Positions 29,667-40,477 of a stretch of 64,000 nucleotides of DNA are shown here, piece by piece. Within the stretch, counting starts at the first letter, position 1. Each line of letters begins with the position of its first letter. The DNA lies in IMG/VR virus record IMGVR_UViG_3300037069_000805, positions 32,001-96,000 of that record; one strand, given 5' to 3'. Source of the stretch: a virus. A program made the position numbers and the translations under genes. Under the pieces are notes generated by a model. That model did no database searches. It was not told where the DNA came from and worked only from the letters and a program-made list of their open reading frames with translations.

Positions 29667-32600
29667 TTATGTAGTATAATAAATAGATGGTGAATAGAAA
29701 ATTAATTTATAGTTATTTTCATTTTGAAACTGAAGTTTCAATTTAATATATGGAGCACGAATTCTATTTCTATTTTGACGAGGAATCAACACATTCCAGT
29801 CACGAAATTTTCTTCTTGCATTTTCATTTCTTCCAACAACTATTGGAACCAGTCCACTATCTTGATAATCATTATAAGCTTGTATTTTATTTAAAGTTAT
29901 TTCAGGTTGATCTACATTATTTAATGTAACATCAGATTTAAAATTAATATTATCAAATACACAATCTAAATTTGGTTCTGGGTTAACATTAAATGTAATA
30001 TAAGAAGGAAATATTTCACCATAAAATGAATTATAATCTCCAGCATATTGTTTCCATATTTGAGATATATCAGGTGAAGTAGTAATAAAATTATCACCTT
30101 TACTCATATACATAGACGGAATATAATCATAGAAACTAATAAAGTTCTGCTTATTCTCATTATAAGATAATGTAAATGATTGATCATTTTGATGTAATGT
30201 TATAAATATATCATTATTAATATAATCAAAAGATACTACCACACCTTGTTTAATTAACGGATTATCTATTTTAAGCTCTTGTAAGGAACTATTATTATAA
30301 AAGTATGTATGCATACCTTTTGTATCAGATTGTCCTTCTATTTGTCCTCTAAATGAGTTAAATGATCTATTTAAAGCATCATAGTAATATATAGCAGATG
30401 ATGAACTTGCAATAGCCCATTTATTTATACTTCCAGATTCAGTAGTAATATAATTATAATCTTGTAATACTGAACCTAAACCTAATTCTAATGATAATCC
30501 ATCACTAGCTTGTGTTTGAACTCTTGGTAATATAGATATAAATGCAATACCTGTATCTTGAAATGAAAATATATTATCTTTGAAACTATATAATGAATTT
30601 ATTGGTCCATATTCACCTTTTAAATGTAATATATTATTTACTTGAATATCAGTCCAGCTATCTATAATCTCACCAGGAACTTTAATTTTAGTTGATATTA
30701 TAGTAGTGTCAAAATTATTTGTTTTTTTAAATTTATAATCAACATCTCTAGTTTTAATTAAATTAGATTGTTGAGAATAAACTGTATTATATTTTTGATA
30801 TTCATTATATTGTGGTTGAAATCTATTATCCCAAGGAGTAAGGCTTAAATCATTTCTGTTTTGTAAATCTATAGATGTTTCCAATCTTACAGATACTATT
30901 TCAGTATGTTGTTGTGAATTTTTACTATATACTTCAGTTTCGGTTTTAACTAATTTTGTAAACTGAAACTTTTGAACAAATGTATCTCCTGGATGTTTAC
31001 AGTAATAAATATTTGTATTTATTTCTTGGTATTCACCTATTTCAATATAATTAGTTCTTTTCTTAGATTCATAACTATTACCTTTGTATAAATTACCAAC
31101 ATATATTAATATATTAGGTATTTTAAATTCTCCAATAACAGCGATATCATCATCCATTCCTAATGATGCATGTATATCTTCAAGTTTAGTTCTATCTTCT
31201 GTTGCAAGTGAAGAATCACCTAATGCAAATGTAATATTTTTAGAACCAAAAGTATTTACTGAATATAAATATCTACCACCATCAGCAGTTAATTGTTCTA
31301 ATGAATTATAAAATACTAGTTCAGAATTATTTGCATATATAGTTCTACCTTGACCTTTTTCAACAAGTAATGGTGTACTATAAGTATCATATGTAGTTAT
31401 AATAGATGGATTAAATGTTCCCATATAACTTCTATACGTTTGCACAAATTCCATATTATCATCACCATGTGCTACTTCAAAAAATCCTTTATCAACTAAA
31501 TCCATCCAATTTCCTATAGTTTCTTGTAGATTTACTCCAACAGCTTTAACATCATATGGTGATATTGCACCTATAACTTTAGTTTCACTAATTACTTGTT
31601 TAGTTTCAATTTTTCTAAGTTGTCCCCAAAAATAATTATTATCATTTTTAGCTCCACCTATCACATTAAGTTGTACATTTGACATATTTTGAATTAAATC
31701 AAATGTTGCTTCTGGAGAATACATTTGCATAAGTTGATTAAACTGAAATGTTTCAGATAATCTATCATCTGCATTTGAAGTATTAAATACTTCTGTACCT
31801 GCACCATATGTAAATGGTGAAATTGGATTAGGTTTTAAATTTGGATGTATAGTAGGATCTTGACTATCAACTCTATCATATGTTGACATTCTATATTGAG
31901 GGCATAAATAATTATCATATCTACGCATTAATGATGGTAATTTATCTCCAGCATTTGCAAAATCTATTGCTTCAGGACTAAATGGTGCTGTATTAACATT
32001 TCCATTTTTATTATTAGAAATCATTCCATTAATTAATCCTTGACATATAATAGATCTATCTAACAGAGTTCTTTCACCTATAATTAATTTATATCCAACT
32101 GGTTTTAAAAATTCATCATAATTTCCATTATCATCTAAAAAATTAGATTGATCATTCAACCATATATAAAATTCTGCTTTTAATGTAATTTCTAAAGATG
32201 CAAACTTATCATTTAAATTTATTCCATCATCTGTAGCTACTATAAAATCAGCAATCCATTTAGGTAATGCATCAGCGCCATATTTATTATAAAATTTAAT
32301 ACCTAATCTATATAATTCATTATCTTTAAAAAACCTACCATTTATGTCTTCATTAGTAAATCCATTAATACCTACTTCACTTCTTACAATTTTATATTTT
32401 AAATACATACCCTCACCTCCTAAAATGGAAGAATTATATTGGTATTTATTTATCATATAATTTTTGTTTATAGATGAAAATTTTTCAGGAACTGTATACG
32501 TATTATATACAGTAATAGAAGGTTCGTTACTAATTGGATTACCAGATCCATCATCTATTAAAGAATTATATATTTCTGTAGTTAAAGCATTCATTGGAAA

Positions 32601-33710
32601 CGAATAAGCTCTTGTATCTAAATTAATTTCAAGATTCTTTTCTTTATAATTAGCTAAGAACATAATATTTTTCTTAGTATTTATATGTTTTGGTATAATT
32701 ATATCCGAACCTAAAAATAAAAATTCTTCTAAAGAAACTGTTTCTATAATATTACCATCATCATAATAAGTTACTTCTGTTAATCCAACTATATTTTTAT
32801 CTAATATAAGACTAACAGATGGTATTTGATTAAAAGACGTATATTTTATAGCATACAATCTAATATTAGTATAATCATTATCTAATACATCTATATTAAT
32901 AACAGGTAATGTTTTTACTATTTCATTAATATCTCCTCCACCTTCTATATTATTATCTAATGATATTAATTCTGATAATGGACTTATTTTTGTTTGAGAA
33001 CCATTTAACTTGTAAAGATTATAAGCATATTGAATCATTCCTGCAGTATGTATACCACCTGACAATATATCTATAATTTTAGGTTGTGTAAATGTATAAT
33101 CTCCAACTATATTTAATATATTAGAACTTACATCAATTAGTTCTTCTAAATCACCATTTAATATAGAATGTTCTAAATTTAAAAATCTCATTTGATTCTT
33201 ACCATCTACCCAATATATTTTATCAATAATATCATTTTCAAAATTATTAATACACTGAATTGGATTAGTTATATTAAATTGTAAATCTCTCATATATAAT
33301 AATGTTATATCATATGTAATATCATTTACTTTCCAGACACAATCAAATCCATTATTATCAGTTGTAAGTAAAATTAAACTATCTCTTGAAAATGTATGTC
33401 CTATAATTAATTGATCACCTGATGTTCTATATGTAGTACCACTTATAAGATATATATCATTTATTTCATTAGTTGTATAAATTAATTTTTTATTATTATA
33501 AAGTATTTTTTTATTAACACCATCAATTATTGGTGTTGGTACTGTTAAAATTAAACTATTACCTTTTTCATTAGTTACAGCTCCAGTACTTTGTGTATCT
33601 GTAGCAATTACTCTAATATTTCTAGCATTAAAATAAAATTTATTACTATAATTTGACTTGTTAATGTCTTGGACAAGACCTTCAAAACCTTGTTGTACAT
33701 TTTTATTCAT
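29667..33710 (-). CDS. tail stabilization / nozzle (muzzle) protein
   Basis: 1347 aa, beta-rich; YWVDGKNQMRFLN, GEIIDSW, RRKFRDW; crAss gene order after the tubular protein. Confidence 0.8.
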   Translation of the reverse strand: MNKNVQQGFEGLVQDINKSNYSNKFYFNARNIRVIATDTQSTGAVTNEKGNSLILTVPTPIIDGVNKKILYNNKKLIYTTNEINDIYLISGTTYRTSGDQLIIGHTFSRDSLILLTTDNNGFDCVWKVNDITYDITLLYMRDLQFNITNPIQCINNFENDIIDKIYWVDGKNQMRFLNLEHSILNGDLEELIDVSSNILNIVGDYTFTQPKIIDILSGGIHTAGMIQYAYNLYKLNGSQTKISPLSELISLDNNIEGGGDINEIVKTLPVINIDVLDNDYTNIRLYAIKYTSFNQIPSVSLILDKNIVGLTEVTYYDDGNIIETVSLEEFLFLGSDIIIPKHINTKKNIMFLANYKEKNLEINLDTRAYSFPMNALTTEIYNSLIDDGSGNPISNEPSITVYNTYTVPEKFSSINKNYMINKYQYNSSILGGEGMYLKYKIVRSEVGINGFTNEDINGRFFKDNELYRLGIKFYNKYGADALPKWIADFIVATDDGINLNDKFASLEITLKAEFYIWLNDQSNFLDDNGNYDEFLKPVGYKLIIGERTLLDRSIICQGLINGMISNNKNGNVNTAPFSPEAIDFANAGDKLPSLMRRYDNYLCPQYRMSTYDRVDSQDPTIHPNLKPNPISPFTYGAGTEVFNTSNADDRLSETFQFNQLMQMYSPEATFDLIQNMSNVQLNVIGGAKNDNNYFWGQLRKIETKQVISETKVIGAISPYDVKAVGVNLQETIGNWMDLVDKGFFEVAHGDDNMEFVQTYRSYMGTFNPSIITTYDTYSTPLLVEKGQGRTIYANNSELVFYNSLEQLTADGGRYLYSVNTFGSKNITFALGDSSLATEDRTKLEDIHASLGMDDDIAVIGEFKIPNILIYVGNLYKGNSYESKKRTNYIEIGEYQEINTNIYYCKHPGDTFVQKFQFTKLVKTETEVYSKNSQQHTEIVSVRLETSIDLQNRNDLSLTPWDNRFQPQYNEYQKYNTVYSQQSNLIKTRDVDYKFKKTNNFDTTIISTKIKVPGEIIDSWTDIQVNNILHLKGEYGPINSLYSFKDNIFSFQDTGIAFISILPRVQTQASDGLSLELGLGSVLQDYNYITTESGSINKWAIASSSSAIYYYDALNRSFNSFRGQIEGQSDTKGMHTYFYNNSSLQELKIDNPLIKQGVVVSFDYINNDIFITLHQNDQSFTLSYNENKQNFISFYDYIPSMYMSKGDNFITTSPDISQIWKQYAGDYNSFYGEIFPSYITFNVNPEPNLDCVFDNINFKSDVTLNNVDQPEITLNKIQAYNDYQDSGLVPIVVGRNENARRKFRDWNVLIPRQNRNRIRAPYIKLKLQFQNENNYKLIFYSPSIYYTT

Positions 33711-34453
33711 TATCTATGTTGTTTTATAATTTCTTTTTCTCCGAATTTTTTAAATCCATTTTTATGCGCTGAAGTATTTATAATTAATCTATTAATTCCA
33801 TTCATAAGTGTTTCCATTTTATCTACACTTGGCATTTGTAATGCTGTAAATGCAGAAGGCATATAAAAATATCTTTTTTGTTGTATATATTCAAATGCTT
33901 TATCAGTTATTTTACCCATTATCCACAATGGTTCTAAATATCTACTAAGTATATAATATTCCATACCAATCATAACTTTTTCATTATCTGGTATTAAAGG
34001 ATAACCTTCTTCATCTGTAGCAATTCCTTGATATGATAATTGTATACATCCATCACATATTGATGTAAAAATAATACCTTTTTGAATTTTATAAGTAAAT
34101 TCATTATTATTACTATAAATATTTGTATTTGTATTTTCTAAATCAGTAAATTGTGAAGGATCTAAATGAAATATATCTGATGCTTCTCTCATAGAAATAC
34201 TTGATATATTACCAGATGGACCAGTTATATATCTAACACCATTTAAATAAAGTAAATCACAAGGTAATTCTGCTTTATATGATGTTAAATCTAATACTAC
34301 TAATTTGTTTTCATAAGCTACAGGAGCACCTAATAATCGTAAAAATTCAAGAATATATTCAGCAGCTTCTTCATATGTTAATTCAGAGGCTAAAGGGTTC
34401 TTCATTATTTTCCACATCACTGAGCCAAGTGATTTATAATTTGTATTTGTCAT
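33710..34453 (-). CDS. tail tubular / ring protein
   Basis: KAELPCDL, YQGIATDEEGYPLIPD; directly upstream of the stabilization protein. Confidence 0.75.
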   Translation of the reverse strand: MTNTNYKSLGSVMWKIMKNPLASELTYEEAAEYILEFLRLLGAPVAYENKLVVLDLTSYKAELPCDLLYLNGVRYITGPSGNISSISMREASDIFHLDPSQFTDLENTNTNIYSNNNEFTYKIQKGIIFTSICDGCIQLSYQGIATDEEGYPLIPDNEKVMIGMEYYILSRYLEPLWIMGKITDKAFEYIQQKRYFYMPSAFTALQMPSVDKMETLMNGINRLIINTSAHKNGFKKFGEKEIIKQHR

Positions 34454-34460
34454 AATTTAT

Positions 34461-34988
34461 TTAGTATAAAAGATACGCATCGTATCTATCTTTATCTTCA
34501 TCCTTTATTCTTTTACCTAATAATCTTTTAAATGTTCTATTTGATTCAAAAGAATATATATTTTTATTTAAAAAATAGTTATTATATTTTCGAAATTGTA
34601 TTTTAAATACAAATTTTGATGTATGATTATTTAAATATCTAACTAATAATCTTTTTTCATAAGCTTCATCGTCTTCATCCCATAATTTATTAGTTGCTAC
34701 CCAATCAACAGGTGATGTATTATATAATTTACCATTTACAATTCTAGGTATTCTTTTATCTTTTTTAATACTTAAAGAAGAACCTATATAAGGTATGTTG
34801 TATTCTAAATTTTCTTCAATAATTAAGTTAATAATTTCTTTATTAAAATCAGATATTATATTAGAAAAAGTTTTAGCTGTTATTTTTAATTCAGGATTAT
34901 TTTGTTTAAAAAACTTATAATAATCTTTCTTACCATAATGTGTTTTTATTTTAGCCTTACCTCTTTTATTCTTTATCATTTGAATCAT
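34461..34988 (-). CDS. IHF/HU-like basic protein of the crAss structural module
   Basis: Basic protein; IPYIGSSLSIKK, VDWVATNKLW; gene order. Confidence 0.6.
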   Translation of the reverse strand: MIQMIKNKRGKAKIKTHYGKKDYYKFFKQNNPELKITAKTFSNIISDFNKEIINLIIEENLEYNIPYIGSSLSIKKDKRIPRIVNGKLYNTSPVDWVATNKLWDEDDEAYEKRLLVRYLNNHTSKFVFKIQFRKYNNYFLNKNIYSFESNRTFKRLLGKRIKDEDKDRYDAYLLY

Positions 34989-35649
34989 TTTTTTTATCTT
35001 CAGGTATATTAGATTCTTTAATTAATTCATTAATTATCTCTAATTTAATTAAATCAATTAAATGAGGTTGTAATGGATAATTACTAGTATCAATGTTATA
35101 ACAAGGAATTATATCTTCACAATTACAACAATTACTATAATTTAATAAATCTAAAGGATCTTCAAATACACCAGTAATAGTTATACAATCTAGTAAATTT
35201 AAAGTATTAATTTTACTTACTAAGTAGATGTATTTATCATTATCTAAATATGCAAATATTCCATTGAATGGAGAATCTTCAAAGTAAGTTGCTTTTTCTT
35301 TATTTACAAAACTAAATGGTATAACTAATTTTTTACTAGGTTTAACAGATGTTATTGCTGATTTAATATGTAATTCTAAAGGTTGTGGTATTGGTTTAGT
35401 AGTTCTTAATATAGTTTCACAATCTATATTTAAACCACATTGATTAGCAGATATTTGTTCAAGAGGTAAACATAATGTTTGTGTTACTGATATATCTGTA
35501 GTTCTTTGATAGTTATTTAAATCTTGTCTTAAATATTTAGCTCGTTTAAGACCATATAAATATATAATATATCTATCTGATACTTCACTATCATCAGTAT
35601 ATTGTCTTAATACCTCACGAACATCATAAATCATTTTATTTAATATCAT
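34966..35649 (-). CDS. neck/tail ring structural protein
   Basis: ITGVFEDP, YPLQPHLID; gene order. Confidence 0.6.
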   Translation of the reverse strand: MILNKMIYDVREVLRQYTDDSEVSDRYIIYLYGLKRAKYLRQDLNNYQRTTDISVTQTLCLPLEQISANQCGLNIDCETILRTTKPIPQPLELHIKSAITSVKPSKKLVIPFSFVNKEKATYFEDSPFNGIFAYLDNDKYIYLVSKINTLNLLDCITITGVFEDPLDLLNYSNCCNCEDIIPCYNIDTSNYPLQPHLIDLIKLEIINELIKESNIPEDKKNDSNDKE

Positions 35650-35662
35650 TCTTTTTTAAATT

Positions 35663-35689
35663 AAAAAGCCCCTCACATTGGAGAGGCTT
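35663..35689 (-). terminator. intrinsic terminator
   Basis: Minus strand AAGCCTCTC-CAATGT-GAGGGGCTT-TTT (one G-U pair). Confidence 0.75.
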
Positions 35690-35697
35690 ATATTATT

Positions 35698-36648
35698 TTA
35701 TAATTCCATTAAGCAATTTATAGGAGTTTTACCTTTTAAAACTACACCACAAGCTATTGCTGGTTTTTTATTTTCTTTTGCGTATGCCATAGCATATGAC
35801 TTATGATTTATTCCACAACCTACCTGCATTCCAAATAGTTTAAACTTAGCTCCTACATACCATTCAACGTAACATTGTGTGTGTAAATGACCTTGTACAA
35901 TTGATTGTAAATCTGATTTAACTCTATTTCTAGCTGTACCACCTTCTCCATGTATATATAATACATCATCAATTTCAATAGATTCTGTAAAATTCCATCC
36001 TGGAACACCTAATACTTCTGAATAATCTTTAATCCATAATTTAGAAACACCTGCAGAATATGCTTTTCTCATAATTAATCTATCGTGATTACCTATAATT
36101 ACAGTTGCTTTTGGAAAATGTTGATACCATTTTCTTATTTCTGAAATTGCCATTGCTAATTCTTGTCCTGCACTATGTCCATCTGGATCAGTTTCATGAT
36201 ATGATGTAGCATGATTATCAATTATATCTCCTATAAAAATTACTTCATCGCATTTATATTCATTGTAAATATTTATACAATGTTCTAAATAACCATCTAA
36301 TGTAAATGGTAAATGTAAATCACCTATTACTAATACATTTTTACCAGATTTTAATTTTTTAACTTGTTCTTTAAAAGAATCAATTGGAAGTATTCCCATT
36401 TTAAAAGCTGATTTAAATACATCTTTAGATGTTTTATATTCTTTATTTGATATATCTGAACTTTTTAATCCGTTATAATTATTACTTAAAGAATATTTTT
36501 CTTTTTTAATTATATTTATTGCAGTTCTACATAAAGATATATTATCTTCTGAATTTTTAAGTCCTAGTTTATCACATAATCTATAACCACCTTCTTTTAA
36601 ATAACCAGGTTTACTTCTTAAGAATTCTTTTATTTCTTCTAAACTCAT
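35698..36648 (-). CDS. calcineurin-like metallophosphoesterase with N-terminal extension
   Basis: IGDLH, IGDIID, GNHD, IHG, GHLH. Confidence 0.88.
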   Translation of the reverse strand: MSLEEIKEFLRSKPGYLKEGGYRLCDKLGLKNSEDNISLCRTAINIIKKEKYSLSNNYNGLKSSDISNKEYKTSKDVFKSAFKMGILPIDSFKEQVKKLKSGKNVLVIGDLHLPFTLDGYLEHCINIYNEYKCDEVIFIGDIIDNHATSYHETDPDGHSAGQELAMAISEIRKWYQHFPKATVIIGNHDRLIMRKAYSAGVSKLWIKDYSEVLGVPGWNFTESIEIDDVLYIHGEGGTARNRVKSDLQSIVQGHLHTQCYVEWYVGAKFKLFGMQVGCGINHKSYAMAYAKENKKPAIACGVVLKGKTPINCLMEL

Positions 36649-36675
36649 ATATTAATTTTTATAAAATTATTTATA

Positions 36676-36707
36676 CAAAGGTAATGAATATATTTGACAT
36701 ATCCTAA
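36676..36707 (-). promoter_or_regulatory. Bacteroidota-type promoter
   Basis: TTAG-N20-TACCTTTG (perfect -7, one mismatch at -33). Confidence 0.6.
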
Positions 36708-36730
36708 TAAAATCGTATTTATTTTCTAAT

Positions 36731-37360
36731 TTATTTTTTAATATTGATAATTCTAACATCATATTCAGCAAATATAATTTTATTTAATAGGTCATATGAA
36801 GCTGAAAATAAATCACCTTTCTTATTTTGAAATCTAAGATTTACTTTAAAACCTGTTTTAGTAGCATCAGGTGAAGAGTATAATCCTGCACCTCCATATA
36901 TAGCAAAAGTAGTTTCTTTTACTTTAATAGAATCAACTTGAGGTTTAATTGTATACTCAGGAGCTATTTCAAGTAGTTCTCCACGTACTTTAGAAAACAT
37001 TGATATCTTTATATACTTATCTTCAAAATCGTTCTTATATGGTCTTATTTGAACTTGTTCTACAAACATATTAGTTTTAGTAGAATCTGTAGCTTTTTCA
37101 TAACTTTTAACTAACATACTATCAGTTGGATAATTTGTTATAAGTTTACCACCTTTTTTAAGTTTAGTTATATATTGTTTATTAGATGGAATAGGTTTAG
37201 GTTTAATAAGTGGTTCAAATTTACCTACAATTTCTTTAGTTTGAAACTTTTGATAATTATTTTTACTAGGTGAACTGTTATAACTTCTATTAATAAATAT
37301 ATATATTAATAATCCTAATATTATTAAAGGTTGTATTAATTTTGTTAAATTAAATTTCAT
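36731..37360 (-). CDS. membrane-anchored protein, possible spanin/lysis accessory
   Basis: N-terminal TM helix, C-terminal amphipathic beta strands; end of the lysis region. Confidence 0.45.
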   Translation of the reverse strand: MKFNLTKLIQPLIILGLLIYIFINRSYNSSPSKNNYQKFQTKEIVGKFEPLIKPKPIPSNKQYITKLKKGGKLITNYPTDSMLVKSYEKATDSTKTNMFVEQVQIRPYKNDFEDKYIKISMFSKVRGELLEIAPEYTIKPQVDSIKVKETTFAIYGGAGLYSSPDATKTGFKVNLRFQNKKGDLFSASYDLLNKIIFAEYDVRIINIKK

Positions 37361-38373
37361 TTTTTAAATATTTTTAACCATTGTTTTTCAGATCTTTTAG
37401 AATCTATAATTAAAAGATATTTATTAATATGTGTTAATAATTCTTTATTTAATAATGCAATATCTATTTTTTCAGAAATTTCTTCAGCATCACCAGTATC
37501 TTTAACAATATTTAAATGATTTACAAATGGAATTTCATTAGATGTAACTACCGGAACCAATTGATTAACACAATCTGCGGAAACAATATTATATGTTTCA
37601 CTTAAACTTACTTGTAATGCTAAATTCATTTTAGATACAAGTTTTACAAATTCAGAATGTTTTAACCATTTATGTTCAACTAGTTTATGAGGAGTTCCTT
37701 TAAATAAATCTCTAATATTCTTTAATGCATTTTCACCTTTCTGCTCTATTCTTTCAACATTAATATGTAAATTAAGTATTTTATTATTTCTATCTGCATA
37801 TATCATCGCACCAATAGCTTGAGTTAATGAATTTTTCATTGGTCTAATAGCACCAAATAAACCTACATTTAATATTTTATTAAAATCTGAATCATCTGTA
37901 TTTTTAACAATATGTTTTAATGTTGGATAATAATTTGGTAAATAAACTATATCTTGATGAATAATTGGTTCAAAAGATTTTATAAATGTTTTTGAATTTG
38001 CTGTTATAAATACATTATCATAAGTTGAATATTTCTTTAACCAATCTATTGCATTTCCTTCATTAGCTAAGAATGGAAGTTCAGAGTGTAATCTAACTAT
38101 CCATTTAACTTTAGGATGAAGTTTTTGTAATAGTTCAAATTTTTCAGGTACTACCCAAATAGCTTCAATAATTACATGTTTAGGTTTATAGTGAGTTACA
38201 TATTTATCAATCTCATTATTATCAACTACTTCAACTAAATGAGATTTAACTCCATTTTTAACAAGCATATCATTTACAAATATAGCACTGTTATATAATC
38301 CGCTATTTACAGTTGAATACGATTGTTCACTATATAATAGTCTTTTCTTTAATATAAATAATATATCTATCAT
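37357..38373 (-). CDS. GT-B fold glycosyltransferase (GT4-like)
   Basis: VRLHS; VGLFGAIRPMKN; QVSLSETYNIVSAD..VPVVTS resembles the GT4 E-x7-E/D nucleotide-sugar motif. Confidence 0.7.
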   Translation of the reverse strand: MIDILFILKKRLLYSEQSYSTVNSGLYNSAIFVNDMLVKNGVKSHLVEVVDNNEIDKYVTHYKPKHVIIEAIWVVPEKFELLQKLHPKVKWIVRLHSELPFLANEGNAIDWLKKYSTYDNVFITANSKTFIKSFEPIIHQDIVYLPNYYPTLKHIVKNTDDSDFNKILNVGLFGAIRPMKNSLTQAIGAMIYADRNNKILNLHINVERIEQKGENALKNIRDLFKGTPHKLVEHKWLKHSEFVKLVSKMNLALQVSLSETYNIVSADCVNQLVPVVTSNEIPFVNHLNIVKDTGDAEEISEKIDIALLNKELLTHINKYLLIIDSKRSEKQWLKIFKK

Positions 38374-38384
38374 TTTTTTAATTT

Positions 38385-38645
38385 TTATTGTTGATCGTCT
38401 TTAGGAGTAGTTAAAGTATTAGCTAACTTATTTCCTATAGCTATACCACTTAATCCAAATACAAGCCATGCAAATGTTTTAAATACTTCAAGCACAGTTT
38501 CAAGTTTATTATCGGGTTGCAAATAAGTAATAACTGTTAAAGATATTCCTATACCCACCATCATTAAAACAGCAACAAACCATGTTAAGTTTAATCTACT
38601 AAATTTACCATCAATCATTAATGTATCTTGGAATAATTTACTCAT
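38385..38645 (-). CDS. putative holin (2 TM)
   Basis: 86 aa with two hydrophobic helices, near the endolysin. Confidence 0.55.
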   Translation of the reverse strand: MSKLFQDTLMIDGKFSRLNLTWFVAVLMMVGIGISLTVITYLQPDNKLETVLEVFKTFAWLVFGLSGIAIGNKLANTLTTPKDDQQ

Positions 38646-38651
38646 TTTTTT

Positions 38652-39881
38652 TTATTTTATTTCTAACACAATACTTGTTGTATTATATCCTTCAGTATTA
38701 CCTGCAGTAATTGTATAAACTTTTACTGGAGTTTTTTGAATTGGTGTCCCAGATATAACTCCTGTTGTTGGATTTAAATTTAATCCATCTGGAAGTTCTG
38801 GTGATATATTATAATTAGCTAAATCAGTTTTTCTAAATTTCATAGAATTTTTGTCAGCTATATAAATATTTCTTTTATTATCAATTGTTAATCCTTCTGG
38901 TGCATATAATGCAGCACTATGATAGCCTCTTGAATCAAATCCATCTCTAAATTCACCAACACCTGAACCAGCATATATATTAACTGTCATTCCAGATTTA
39001 GTAACACTTTTAATTTGATTAGATAAATAATCAGCTACATAAATCATACCTTGAAAATATACAATTCCTGTAGGACTAATTCCAGATAAAAAAGTAGTAA
39101 CATTATTATTATTATCAATTCTACGTATTGAATTATTATCTGTATCAGATACATAAATATTACCTGTATTATCACCTGTAATACCTCTCATAGATTTAAA
39201 TAGTGCATTTGTTCCATTACCGTTTAAATTACCTTTAATTAAACCTCCTGCAATTGTAGATACATTACCATTTGGTGTAATTTTTCTAACTCTGTAATTA
39301 TCTGTTACAAATATATTATCTTGATTATCTATCCATAAAGATGTAAGTAGAGTAAATTGTGCATTAGATGAAATACCATCAGATAGACCTTTAACACCAG
39401 ATCCAGATAAAGTAGAAACTAATCCTGTAGGTGAAATTTTTCTAATTCTATAATTATAAGTATCTAGTACAATTATATTTCCTAATGAATCAAAAGCTGC
39501 TGCTTTAGGTGTATTAAATCTAGCATTAGTTCCTTGCCCATCTATATAACCTGTTTGTACAACTCCGTTAATTACTTCAAATTTACCTGCTAAAGTAGAA
39601 CTAATTCCATTAGGATTAATTAATCTAATTGTTTGACTCCAATCATCAACTACAACTAATGTACCATCTGATTTTACTGCTACTGAATTTGGAAATTTAT
39701 AAGTAGCTACATTTGGAACGCCATCTTTAGGATATTCCATATTATTAGAATTTCCAGAAACTGTAGTAATTCTTAAATTTGGAGAAACTTGTCCTCCGGT
39801 GTTAGTAGGAGTTAATGTAGATATTGGGACATTTACATTGTAAACAGGTTGAACACCTGTATAATTAATAATTGGTTTCAT
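38652..39881 (-). CDS. NHL-repeat beta-propeller inserted in a He_PIG-type Ig-like domain
   Basis: About 6 repeats of F..P.G.A.D..GNIYV.D..N..IRKI; C-terminal YNISPELPDGLNLNPTTGVISGTP. Confidence 0.85.
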   Translation of the reverse strand: MKPIINYTGVQPVYNVNVPISTLTPTNTGGQVSPNLRITTVSGNSNNMEYPKDGVPNVATYKFPNSVAVKSDGTLVVVDDWSQTIRLINPNGISSTLAGKFEVINGVVQTGYIDGQGTNARFNTPKAAAFDSLGNIIVLDTYNYRIRKISPTGLVSTLSGSGVKGLSDGISSNAQFTLLTSLWIDNQDNIFVTDNYRVRKITPNGNVSTIAGGLIKGNLNGNGTNALFKSMRGITGDNTGNIYVSDTDNNSIRRIDNNNNVTTFLSGISPTGIVYFQGMIYVADYLSNQIKSVTKSGMTVNIYAGSGVGEFRDGFDSRGYHSAALYAPEGLTIDNKRNIYIADKNSMKFRKTDLANYNISPELPDGLNLNPTTGVISGTPIQKTPVKVYTITAGNTEGYNTTSIVLEIK

Positions 39882-39892
39882 ATATATTATTT

Positions 39893-40477
39893 TTAGATTT
39901 TAATTAGATAATAATTTCCAAGTTCAGTAGTTTTTTCGTCTAATTTTTTAAAATTCTTAGATTTATAATTTATAGATTTGCAGAATTCTTGTTGTGAATT
40001 AAATATACCAAAATCTTCTTTAGTAATCTTATTAATAACTTGAATTTTTATTCTTCTACTACTTTTCTGTAATCCTTTTTTACCAGAATTCCAACTTGGT
40101 TTGTTTGTTTTTATTCCTTTTCTAGGACTTATTTTTCCTTTATGAGAATCTGATAATTTCTGTCGTAATTCATCTGATATTATTTTTTCAATTGTTCCAC
40201 CAAATTCCATATTATAACCATTATATACTGAATTATACTCTTTAATATAATTAATTTCTTTAATATTTAATTCATTTATATTACAAAATTCTAAAATTTC
40301 AAAAGTAAAATAATTTAAAGTATATTTATTATAAGAGTTTTGTAATTTAATATTATAATGTATGTTATTTTTTAACATTCTTTTATGAGCATTTAGTCTT
40401 AAATTAATATTATTAGATTGTCCAATATAAACTTTATTATTAGTTATATTTTTTATAATATAAATTCCTGATTTCAT
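39893..40477 (-). CDS. GIY-YIG homing endonuclease with NUMOD3
   Basis: SGIYIIKN..VYIGQS, NGYNM..GG, KLSDSHKG. Confidence 0.9.
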   Translation of the reverse strand: MKSGIYIIKNITNNKVYIGQSNNINLRLNAHKRMLKNNIHYNIKLQNSYNKYTLNYFTFEILEFCNINELNIKEINYIKEYNSVYNGYNMEFGGTIEKIISDELRQKLSDSHKGKISPRKGIKTNKPSWNSGKKGLQKSSRRIKIQVINKITKEDFGIFNSQQEFCKSINYKSKNFKKLDEKTTELGNYYLIKI

